From Trypethelium eluteriae (Eukaryota), in assembly GCA_051942245.1 (NCBI GenBank), contig JAVECL010000026.1:1-64000 (forward strand): a DNA stretch of 64,000 bases, given 5' to 3'. Below, one piece after another: positions 50,656 through 62,661 of this stretch. The position numbers and the translations under genes are program-made. Each line of letters begins with the position of its first letter. The stretch's first letter is position 1. The notes under the pieces are model-generated. The model made no database searches and had not been told where the DNA came from. It saw only the letters and a program-made list of their open reading frames with translations.

Positions 50656-53600
50656 CTAAGCAGGGCGCGACCCCGATGGCTCTTTGTGCCAAGTAGGGTC
50701 TCCAACGGGCCCGACTTTCTTCAATCCCGGACTGGGTTGAGCGGAAGAGTCCTTATCGTTTACAAGCATCCCTGAAGGTCGCTGTTGCACACTACTGCTT
50801 CTATGTTTGTTGACCACTCCGGGAAAAATTTTTGGCTCCGTTCCATCGAGCTGCGACAGCCTTGCTGAGCCCGGCATGGGTGATTGTGCTTGCACTGCTG
50901 ATGACAAAGGCTGAGTACTCGCCGCACTGGATTGAGATATCGCAATCGAGCCTGACCTGCCTGGTCTTTTTTCGAGGTCGAGAGGAGGGATGCCACTCGG
51001 CTGCTCATAGCTATTTAGACGGTCATTTGCGTTGGTTGTGGAAGGCTGGGTCCGCATCGACGCGCTTGGAGAAGGAGGCGCTGCTGAAATAGCGGCACCC
51101 GGTTGCTTGTTCTCTCGGTGCACTAAGGTGGAAGAACCTGGAGGTAAGCTGGATGTCGATAAGGTTGACGAAGGGTTCGGGGCGGTGTAACGCTCGATCC
51201 TTGACGAGTAAGTAAATACGTTATCCTGGGAGGAAGCTAATGAACACTTACATGGCATGTTCTTGCATTAGTGTCTCATGGCGAAAGGCCTCGCGAATAT
51301 TTGGAACATTGCCTTTGGACACGTCATTGCCACTCACCCCGGGAAGGTGATATTTTGTCCCGAGCCATCTCTGCTTCACGGTGTGCTCAAAACCACTCTG
51401 CTCGACAGAGTGCTTGGCTAGCTCGCACATGTCGACAGCGCTCAATTTGTAGATTTGAGCCGCCACAGAATACTCTTCAATCAGAGGTTCTTTGGTGAAG
51501 GCGAATTGGAGTGGATCATCTGTCGACAACGACACATTGAGTCCACGACGGAAGTACTGCAGGAACGGATTCCTCTCATACGCTAGAAAAAGAGCATTGT
51601 TGCTAAGCGGGGACATCGCAATGCCTATTTGCTCCAGGTAGAATATGTACTGCAGCAAGGGTACTTTGCGAAGTAGAAGGCCATGGCTGATACCTTGACA
51701 ACAAAGCACCGCAGCTGCTAGGTGATCAGTGTCTCCTGCTTCCCCAGCATGAGGTCTGAGGACAAAGGTATTGAAACCACGCTGTTTCCGCCACACGTTG
51801 AGGGACGTCATGTTGGCAAAGATGTAGTATATCCAGTAACTGTAGGGTGGGTTTTGCATTGTATTCCAGTTACGAGGAAGTGGGTATTTTCGGTGGATTC
51901 GACGCTCAGTTTTGCTCTCGTCATCCACGCTGTCAAAGCCAATCACCCGTTGCAAGAAGACATGTAGCTTCGGATGCTGCGCTGGGTCTTTGGTAGCCTC
52001 AAATAGAGGTTGGAAAAGGTTAAGTACGATTTGTTCAAAATTCTCCATGGAGCCATTGGATTTGTACACGTCGTACAGACGTGGTATTTGGATGAGCCAG
52101 CGGACGTTTGGCGAGAAGAGCTTATTGTCAATGACCCAGGCGGCGAGCTTATCCCATTCGTCCATACCTCGCCCGTAAATGGATATGCGCCACTCGACCA
52201 TCTGATATTTGCTTGCCTCGAGGTCTGAAATGACCTCTCTTGTAACTTCAGCAAGGTAACGACCGTGGATGAAATTGTCGGTTTTTAGAAATATTGTTCG
52301 TAGGCGAGATTCTCCAATTGGATTGTACTTGAGATTGAATTTGTCGAAGCGGTGGAAAGAATCAGTGTGAGCATGCATGTCCAACGTGTCAATACTGAGG
52401 TCGTATGCCGTTAGACTAATACTCTCAAACACCTCTTTTAACGTCAGATGCTTCCCATCCCTGAACAAGACTATCTCGTCTGGACACTTTTTCATCTTGC
52501 TCTTAATGAAGCGTAATAGGTGCTTCTGATTCATGCAAGCGGAGTGATGGACATGCGTATCTACCTTTCTGACGTTGTAAAAATCTCGGTGTGGGACTGC
52601 TTTGGTGTCTGCTACCTCTTGATATTCGTTGAGGAGGGCGTACAAGTTGAACTTCCCTTCCAGATACTGAAGGCGACGAAATGCGAAGCTTTTGCTTGGA
52701 CCATCCGACGAGATGTTGAGGATCGCGTCGAGGTCCATGTAGAACTCCCTAATCGTTGGTACATGAACGATTGGTTCCTCCAATTCCTCAGACTTCTTAT
52801 GTTCGTACACTTGGAATACACCACTATCGTCTAGCCGAAATAGCATCTCGCTTGGCCCTGGTAAAGGCTCTAGATCAGAAAGGACAAAATCTTCACCAAT
52901 ATCTTGCCCCATCTTTCTTGCCCGTTTGCCTCTCCCTCCATGTTGTGTCCCAGAGCTCACTTGTCCCTGATCGCGATCACTGCCATTTGTCACTGTTTCT
53001 GTGTGCGTTTCGCTTGCCGCATTCGCCGCAGGCTCCGCGGTCTTTCGTTCTCCTGTATGATCCCAGACGGGCTGAGGATGGGGTGGATAGATGCGCCAAC
53101 CAGGATCATTTTTCGGATTGTCCGATGATGCTTGCAACGAGAGCCGAATATACTTGTGTCGCATGTCCAGTATTTTTTGAACCTTTGTGTAAATGGCCCT
53201 AAGCTCGCTCGTGACATGGGCATCGCTTCTTGCGAACCCCCCTGTCGCGGCCAGTCCCACTCCAGCTCCTGCGCCATGAATACCCTCAGTTGCCAGAAGA
53301 GGTGGTTTGTACTCATGAGGCAAACCTGGGTGTATACCGTGATCTCGAGCTGCCTGATCTGCTTGTAGAAGACCAGACGGATCACTGAGTGGCTGAGGTA
53401 GGTGATTTTGTGAAGGCCTTACGTCGTTCCCTTGGTGTGAACGAGTTCTCTCTTCAACGGGCAATACGGAGTTGTATTCGTTCCGACCATATTCCATGGT
53501 GCCGTCCGTTCCTGAGAATTTCTGATCTATGCCATTACCGAAGGCTTTTGAAGTAGGACCTTCCACTGGAGAATTCACTGCTGTTGATTCAACGACAGGA

Positions 53601-53959
53601 GAGCTGGCTATTGATTGGTCCAATTCGTTGGATGTTTGCTGAGCCAGTTGGTGACGTTGATAAATTTGTTTAGCTTCAGAATGGCTCATCTGCCTCTCAG
53701 CTGCATGGTCAAAATAAGCAGTCTTTCGCTGTTTGTCCCTACGAAGCAGCCCATCTTCTGTTTCTGGTGTTGCATCCTCTGATGTATTTGGTGTCATTGT
53801 TCCTATAACTGTGTCCTTTGCGCGACCATCTACCGTCCCTCGATTGTCTAACTCGTCTTTCTTTTGCGTAAATGTATTTCTCTCCTCACCTGCAAGTGGA
53901 GTATCCCAGCTACCTAACTCTTCCTCATAGTCGGAGTCAATATGTTGTACCCGAGACAT
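50656..53959 (-). CDS. AMD1: AMP deaminase
   Basis: [56 protein letters not shown] and [10 protein letters not shown] final intron near 51200-51250 joins to IERY...RPA*. Confidence 0.96.
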
Positions 53960-54644
53960 GTTGAGTGGACGACAGGAAGGACCGATTGTCCCGTGGCAAC
54001 TCTTGCTATGAGGGATTGGGGAAAGCTACTCCCGGTCAGTATTTGCTGTGTCCCTCTGTCAGAAAGCAGCGGGTGCAAACCCCGTACCTTCCATGTTCGC
54101 CGCCGATGACTGACAATGGGCCTAAGCTAGGCACGTGTTGCTGTACCCAATAATTGTCCGATCGAAGCAAGCCTGAATGTTTCACAAGTTAAAGGCAAGT
54201 ATTGAACATGAGGGCACAACAAAGGACAGCGTGAAGCATGTGACTGGGTCAATTTGGTTGTCGGTGCTGAAATGGAGTCTAGGTGGATACCTATAGGTAC
54301 CTACTAAGAGATGCCTGACGGAGACCCCCGACGGTATCCGCGTGTATGTTTGCGTTACACAACAAAACCTCAGCGCGTTCTGCAGTGATGACATGTACTT
54401 AAGTATGGCAAAATACAATAATAATTGTGCAAAGTTCAGAGGTATTAGGAATGCCGTTGAAAACCCATAGATCTACTTCTTGGTTTGATATTCGCTATAA
54501 TAATACAGAAATCCCAACGGCCTTGCGCTGTTCAAATTCAGAATGAGAATTTTGAGATACCCTGTCCGTAGCCCGGTACTAATCCTGGCATTAGTCGAAA
54601 CGCTTGTCAAATCATGCTGCCACTCCACTCTGATCTCGAATATT

Positions 54645-57136
54645 TTATTTGGCGAAATGTAGGTCATAATTCAACCACTTGCGCGAAACGACTTGCTCGA
54701 CGGTCAAGCCCGGTTGACCGTACGTAAGGGGTGCGAAGAAGAGGAAGCTCCACAAGACCACGATCAGAATCGCCCCAGTAGCTGCCCACGTCATTAGAAG
54801 ACTTTGTGAACCAATTCTCTCTCGAATGGGGCGTATTTGGCTGTGGACGAGATTTTCGCCTTTCTTCTTCCGACTGCTTGAAGACACAGACTGCTCGACT
54901 TCCTCTTCTACCGGAGGCTCATTATTAAAAATGAACTCGACAAGAGCGCCGGTCACCAGAGCTGAACACAGATGTGCCGGTAAATAGTGGTGCAAGAACA
55001 ATTGACGACCCATGATGAAGAAGGGTAAGTAGTGGGCTGCCCAAGTAAGAAAGAAGAAGCCTGTTGAGTTGTACAGTCGTGATCGGGTACCTAGTGATCA
55101 GAGTCAGTGAGGAATTTGAACAAGCCAGAGGGAAAATAATGCAACGGGACAACACTTACGTCGATCCAGTGCATCAACCCCCCGACGCTGCGAAACTTGG
55201 TCTGCGCCAATGATGCCGGCAAACACAGCCAGAATACTGCTTGCTAGCCACCAACCAATAGGATTGCCAAGGAAGTATATCTGCCTCTTTGTATCATTCT
55301 CTGTCCAAAAACTGACACCACGGAGTAAGAATGGCCACTGGACTGGAAAGCTAGCGTATGGATGACTACTAGTCAAGGCATTGTTGTGGTAGAACATGGC
55401 CCGCTGCAACTCAAAATACTTTCTCAGGAATGGCAATTGTTTGGTTTTCTTGACATCCTTTTTCAACCGATCGCTGTCCGCAGCAATTGAGGGGATATCC
55501 TCAACAAACCAAACATTGCTTGACTGTTGGATGTTCTTGTTACCGTTAATTTCAGCTTGTTTAAATGCCCAGTCCGGCAATGGCTTTGTATGAGTCCACA
55601 TGGCAACCTTGGTGGGGAAGTGTACCAATTTAAAGTGGGACGATACTGTCTTGAATTCCTGTCCCGGTTTTCCATTTTCGATCCTGATCTCGAAGAGCGT
55701 GTCGTTGAAGCGATCGCCGTTGCCGACGTCAGCCGGAACAGCAGTGAACTCTTGGTTTGTTGGATAGTATGGTGAAGCCACATCATGTGTAAGTAGAATC
55801 TGGTCTGTTATGAGATGGCGAAATCTCACAATATCGCCATTCTTCACGCGGTGTCCGGGTCCTTGAGCATTCTCCCGAGTCGGGATAATCTGCCAATGAT
55901 TATTGGTGTCGTTATGAGGGTAGCCAGTGACCTGCTGACCCTGACTCGAGATTCGACCATCCTCATAGCGCAAGGGATATTTATCGGTATGACTATGAAG
56001 GTACACCTTTGTCTCTTTGTGCCGCATGGTTATCGCGTCGAAGTAATCGATGCTGACAGCTTTTTGGGCCATCAAGTTGTCGCTCAGAGTCTCTTGGAAT
56101 TCCGGACTCATGAATTCATCTCCTGGGCCGGATCGTGTCAAGATGCTGAAGTGGACCTGGAACCAGAAGAGGTAGAAGAAGAACGGTATCATTATAAGGC
56201 CAAAGACACGTGCTCCGAAATGCCTTCCAAAATCAGGGAGTGAGAGAGCTCCTTGTCTACGATTGATATTGAGAAGATCCCACAGGTCGATCAAGACAGG
56301 AACGCCAATCGAGAAGAAGGTGAATGATCCAACGTATTTGGTCGAGATGACACAGCTCAAACTCACTCCAGTGAGGAGAAGCCATTTCCACCACTTCCGA
56401 CTGAAAGGTACGTGTCGTAGCTTGTAGAAGCGCACGTAGCAGAGAAGGCTAAGAGCCATAGCAAAAACCAGACTCGCATCCAAGAGTATCAGACGAGTTT
56501 GACCGATGTGGGCGTTGTCAAATAGCAACAAGCCGGCCGCTAGAATGCTTGCTGGCAACGAATAGCCCGATTCCCACATAATCAAGAACACAGTAGAGAC
56601 GGTGAAGGAGCCCATTAGAGCCGGCATGCTTCTGTATGCGACGTATGGTACCCGGTTGGTAATGTAGGAGTCGCCAATGTTTTCGAACAAAAATTCCCCA
56701 TTGTATCCAACGAGCCAACCGGCGAAGGCGAAGAGGAGTTTGCCAAAGGGTGGATGCACATCGAAAAAGTAGCTTCGTTGCAGGTACAAGGATGCGAACT
56801 GGAGGATTGAAGAGATCAGAAGGCTGTACGGGCAGAATGGAGGGAGATCATGTTATGAATTACCTTTCCAAAATGAACCTCGTCGAACACGACTTGATCC
56901 GGGTGCGTGATGCCCCAGAATCTGGTAGCCAATGCAGCAATGGTAATGATAGCCAAAGCGAGCTTGTAATCCCAATCCGAAGTCACTGCATTATCTTTCG
57001 AGGCCTTGGCGTGGCTCGAGGGAGCCGTAGAATGATCAGCATTGCCGTTAACATCGCCATCGACATCAGCCTTTTCACCACGCTTCTTGTTTTGGCCACC
57101 GCGATGTCGCACCGACTGCGACGATGGCGACGACAT
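54645..57136 (-). CDS. PMT4: Dolichyl-phosphate-mannose:protein O-mannosyltransferase, PMT4 subfamily
   Basis: VVFDEVHFGK, FFDVHPP, MIR-domain LHSH/QQVTGY, GRQLFLHHYLPA and the PMT4-type C-terminus YDLHFAK; two introns. Confidence 0.93.
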
Positions 57137-58393
57137 CTTGAGCGGAAGAAGTTGTAGGACGTAGCTTTCACTACGCTGAAGTACCGTGGTGAGCTTAGGG
57201 GAAAAAGCCAAGTTGTTCTCGGAGCCCCCAGAAGCTGAGGCCTGCGGCGCGGCTAAGGATAAACCCAGGTAACTCCTTGCGCGAAGTCCAGTGCTTCTAT
57301 ACTTTAAAGGGGAACCACTCAAAGAAGTTCTGAAAGTTCAAGATGACCAAAGCATCGTACCTTAGTACACGTCATTAAATTCAATTCCTAAGATAAGCTA
57401 CCTAGTACTCCGTACTTAGAACCCAAACTCAACCGTTGTCTTTCACAGGAGGCGCGACCAAGTAACTTCTATCTTAGGGAGTCGATAGTTTCCGGTAACC
57501 CTTAATTCGAATATTTCCAGAGTACTCATTGATCACGAGTATTTATGTCAATGTTCACCCGCATCACAAGCAATTTGACGGATTATTCATATCTTACTTC
57601 CGGCGACGGCAATGATCAAAGTCGAGTAATCCGTGATAATTTTGAGATCATGCGATTGGCTGCACTGGTTTTCGAACAGGGAACTAGGACTTGCCATTCC
57701 TTGCAGTCTATTGATTCAAGACTCGAGCAATCCTTCCAGTTTTTCCAATCGTGGCTAACTTGCTTCTTTGAGGGTTGGAGAAGGGTAGAGCTGATTGGCC
57801 AGCCGAGGAGTTAGGCCAGTTGAGGGGGGGTTTTGGCCCATAGATTGACAACCAGATACTTGTTAGCATTCCCATCCGAAGCACAATCTCAAATGGCCAG
57901 TCTGTGATGTGAGGCGTTTATGTAGTTGGAGGTTGCAGGTGAGGCTCAGTTTGTGGTAGAGAAGGCTGGGAAGGCAAAGAGGGTCGTCGGCCCCGCCTCG
58001 CAATTGTCCTGTGCCTGGCGGTACCGCAGCTGGCAACAGTGACCTTCCAAGCCCTTGCATGATCATCTGGAATTACCTGTCTTCACCCCCCTCCGACCCC
58101 ATACTGTCTTGCGAGTAAGCCTCTGTCTCTGGATGTCGAAACCCGTTCCTGCTTATCTAACAGCAGAGCCCCCCGAAAGCTGCAGCTTCAAGCCACTTCC
58201 GCTGCGCCAGAATAGCGTCATCCTCCACCGCTTGCTACCCTGAATATCAACCAAAGGCATACCGACGAATATTTACACCATCATTCAAGCAATTTTATCC
58301 TTGCGACAGAAAGAGCCGAACTTCGATAGCTCTGTAACAGAACAAATCAAAAGTTAGCACATTTGGCGGTGGTCTCTTGCGGCAGAGCATACG

Positions 58394-60166
58394 ATGGTAG
58401 AAGGGGAACAGCCTCCAACATGGAAGTTTACGCAGTGAGTGATGACATTGAAGAGGCAGAATAAGAAAGGCTCTATCGTCTGGATTCTGATAAACGGTTG
58501 ACTAGGTGCTTCGGCGATAAAGGTGATGTGGAGGACATAACGGAAGGCAAGTCGACCGAACCGAATATTGTCACTCAATTATGGAATAGCTTCTTGCCTC
58601 GAAGTTGATAAAGTCCTCGAAGATCTATGGCTGATGGTACTGTAGCTGATATCATCTCCACCGTCGAATTTGACCAAACAGGGAATTATCTCGCGACAGG
58701 AGACAAAGGCGGACGAGTCGTCTTATTCGAAAGGAATGAAACGGTACGAAATCAATCCCACCTCGCCTCCAACGGTACTGACTACATCAGAAAAAAACAT
58801 GCGAGTACAAGTTTCATACTGAGTTTCAATCCCACGAACCGGAATTCGACTATCTCAAATCTCTCGAGATAGAGGAGAAGATCAATAAGATCAAATGGTG
58901 CCGTCGACAAAATGCGTCACATTACCTACTTTCGACAAACGATAAGACGATAAAACTGTGGAAAGTCTTTGAGAAATCATTGAAGGTTGTGGCAGAAAAC
59001 AACTTGACTCATGATCCAACACCAGGCGGAGCCGTAGGCGGAGGAGCACCCATTCGAAACCCTAATGTCCACTTTCGCAGCGCCTTAGACTTAAAGCTCC
59101 CTCGTCTCACGCACCATGATACAGTCGTTGCAGCGGTACCTCGAAAAACCTACGCCAATGCCCATGCTTATCACATCAACAGCATATCCGTAAACAGCGA
59201 CGGAGAGACTTTCATTAGCAGTGACGACTTGCGGATCAATCTCTGGAATCTTAACATACAAAATGAGAGCTTTAATATTGTAGACATCAAGCCCGCGAAT
59301 ATGGAGGAGTTGACCGAGGTCATAACCGCTGCTGAATTTCACCCACAGAGTTGTAACTGGTTTATGTACGCCAGCTCGAAAGGAACAATCAAGTTGGCTG
59401 ACATGCGGGAGAGCGCACTATGCGATCAGCACGCGAAGCGTAAGTACACAGCTTGAGGCAGATAAGCATATCCTGCAGAGGCTAACCCATTGCCTAGAAT
59501 TTGAGCAGGAAGAAGACCCGGCCTCTCGATCCTTTTTCTCCGAAATCATCTCATCCATATCCGACGTTCGTTTTTCATATGATGGCCGCTACATATTATC
59601 GCGTGACTACCTCACGGTGAAGATATGGGACGTTAACATGGAACGACAACCGGTGAAGACAATACCGATTCACGAACACCTCCGGCCCCGCCTGTGCGAT
59701 ACGTACGAGAACGATAGCATCTTCGACAAATTCGAGGTCGTCTTCTCCGGTGATGCCAAGAATGTGATGACAGGCAGCTACAACAACAACTTCATGATCT
59801 ATCCCTCGGAGACGGAGAAGGACACGGAGATTGTGCTGCAGGCAGACAAGTCGGCATTCAAGGCCAAGAAGGTTGGGGTGCCGACGCCGATGAATTCGGC
59901 GACAAGTCCAACGGGTTCGACCAACAGTAAGAAGGGAAATTCGCGCGCTAACAGTCCCGCAGCTGGTGCTGGTGGTCAGGGCGGCCGGATGAGAAAAGAG
60001 ACCGACGCGGATCAGATTGACTTCAACAAGAAGATTCTTCACATGAGCTGGCATCCTTCAGAAGACAGCATTGCAATTGCGGCTACTAATAATGTGAGTT
60101 CAACATCTGTACTGCTTCGAGCACGTGCTAATACTCGGGCAGCTCTTCGTTTTCTCGGCCTTGTAG
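58394..60166 (+). CDS. CDC55: PP2A B55 regulatory subunit (WD40)
   Basis: [69 protein letters not shown] and AATNN-LFVFSAL*. Five introns, the second with a GC donor. Confidence 0.96.
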
Positions 60167-61021
60167 AGATGCGCCATTCGTTTCCATTCGTCGGATTGTA
60201 CTGGGACAGTTTGCATGCATCGACTTTCTGCATCTTGGGGGAAGGTCCGACACGGGGAAATTCATAAAGAACGCCGGTCAAGGTAGAAAGTCGAGCGGAC
60301 GATCTCAATCGGTGGGAGACTGGAACAGACTCGTGGGCTGAAAAAGGGATCCCATTGGGACAGCTTTTTTCTTCATGGTTATGTGGCAGGGAACGCTCAA
60401 ACGCGTGCCGCAGCAGCCTTTAGAAAGTTGGAGTGTGTGTGATGCCAGACGAGATGATACATTGTGGTCAATCCGACAGCTGTAGTGCAATAATAAGAAT
60501 GAACTTCTCCAATGATTTCTAGATGTGATACCTGCCTACATCAACGACCACAACACTCTATCAGCTCAAAAGAGTAACCCTGCCAGGTAACTTCGTACCT
60601 TCGCAGCCACCAGTGCCATCAAAACGCTACTTCAGCGTTTTCAGCCCTACCCGTCAGCCGCTTCATGATCCAGGGGATTGTCCGATTTAGCGCGCGGCTC
60701 TAAAACGACAGTCCCCTTTGTCCCTTTGTTGGTATCTCAGTAAGCAAGACTTGGCCCAGAAATCCACTTCGGCTCATCATGCATCGAATTGTTTCCAGAG
60801 CATTGTTCTGCCATACCCGATTGTAATGGAGATCTCGGTCTTTGGAGGTCTTCAATACCGTTGCATAGGGTCATAATACTTCCGGCGTTCCTTACAAATC
60901 GGGATCTTTTGGGCTAAAGTGGGCTTTTCTTCGCTCGTCTTCAAATCTTTAGCCTACAAGACATAGGGGCGTTCGCTTTTCTGCCAGATTTTGAGGCGTA
61001 GAGTAGGTTGCAAGGTATTCT

Positions 61022-62405
61022 ATGATGTTACAGTCATTAGGCCCTGTCAGCACGGCGGCGCTGATATTTGGCGGTTGCTGCTCCAATGTGAGTTCACCGA
61101 TATCTCTGCCTTAAGGCAACTACTCACAGATCCCTTAGGTCTTTGCCCTTGAAGCCATAGTGAAGTACGCCATTGCGAATGCTTAGTCTCAAATGTATGA
61201 CGCTAATCTTACTGCAGGACAGAGCCTGACAGTGGTGGGTACCTCGCTCCATTTAAATAATTCCCTTCGTTTTTTATGGGTGAAGTCTGAGAACAGCAAA
61301 TACTACAGGTCTATTAATCACATTCATGCAATTTGTTTTTGCCAGTTTAGCCGCCTATCCATTTCAAAATCGTCCTCAGACTTCCAACACTCCCTCGGAA
61401 AAGCCACCCGTGCCCGTCTACAAATGGGGCGTTGTAGCAGCCATGTTCTTCAGTGTCAACATGCTCAACAATTGGGCGTTCGCCTTTAACATCTCTGTTC
61501 CTGTGCATATCATCCTTCGTAGCTTCGGAAGCGTGACGACTATGGGCGCAGGCTACTTACGAGGTCGTCGATACTCCCGGATTCAACTTCTAAGCGTGGT
61601 CATGCTCACTCTCGGCGTGATCCAGAGTGCATGGGCAGACTCCGAGTCGAAAGTAGGTCTCCTCCTTCAAACCCCGACTACCTTAGTTCCTTTCCCACCA
61701 CTGGAGAACCTCCCAGCTACGACGCTAAGCGTGTCTCAGGGCAAATCCATGAAGGCAGCGGCCGCCGTCTCCGACGGCACCACCATCTTCGGCATGGGCC
61801 TCCTCGTCCTGCTCATCGCCCAGCTCCTCTCCGCCTTCATGGGCACCTACGTCCAAGACGTCTACGCCTACCACACCGCGCACTGGACTGAGAACCTCTT
61901 CTACTCCCACTTCCTGGGCCTCCCCCTCTTCCTCCCCCTCGCCTGGACCCTCACCACCCAGTACCTGCGCCTCGCCCGGACCCCGCCTCTCGCCGAGATG
62001 CCCTCCACCTCGCGCTACATGTCCAGCTTTAGCCCCGCGTACGACGCGACGGCTGCGAGCTCGCACGGTGGCGGCGGCTTACTGAACGCGGTTCCGGGTG
62101 GGCTCGCCATGCTGCTCGTGAATGCGGTGACGCAGCTGGCGTGTATCAGCGGGGTGAACCTGCTGAGCGCGAAGTCGAGTGCGGTGACGGTGACGATTGT
62201 GCTGAATATCCGGAAGCTGGTCAGCTTCATGCTGAGCATCTGGTTGTTTGGGAACCCGTTGAGTCTGAAGATGCTGGCCGGAGCGGTGTTGGTGTTTGGA
62301 TCTGGCGCGTTGTATGGGTGGGAGACGACGGTGGGGATCCGGCTGAGAGAGGAGAGGGCAAGGAAACGGGGGGAGGAGGAGACGGTGGAGCCGAAGCGGT
62401 TTTGA
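61022..62405 (+). CDS. YEA4: UDP-GlcNAc/UDP-xylose transporter (SLC35B4/Yea4 family)
   Basis: LIFGGCCSN-VFALE, NNWAFAFNISVPVHIILRS, ENLFYSHFL and TIVLNIRKLVSFMLSI motifs; several short 5' exons. Confidence 0.9.
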
Positions 62406-62411
62406 AAAAGA

Positions 62412-62440
62412 GGGATAGGGATGGGATGGGATGGGATGGG
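62412..62440 (+). repeat. (GGGAT)n pentanucleotide microsatellite with six GGG tracts
   Basis: gggatagggatgggatgggatgggatggg begins a few bases after the YEA4 stop codon. Confidence 0.85.
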
Positions 62441-62661
62441 ATAGAGGTGGCATAGACGAGGGCATGGGTGAAGGGATTCGGCGTGCGGGATCTTGTACCG
62501 TTTGCACGAGCGGCGTTCGAATTGGATCGTTTCGTTTAGTCAATGTTTTACAAAGGGTATTGACTCCATTGCAGGTGCAAAATACCTCGAATGCTATTTT
62601 ACTGTACAGCAGAAAACAAACATACAGAGCGCTCTAGACACCACTTCCTCTTCGAGATTTT

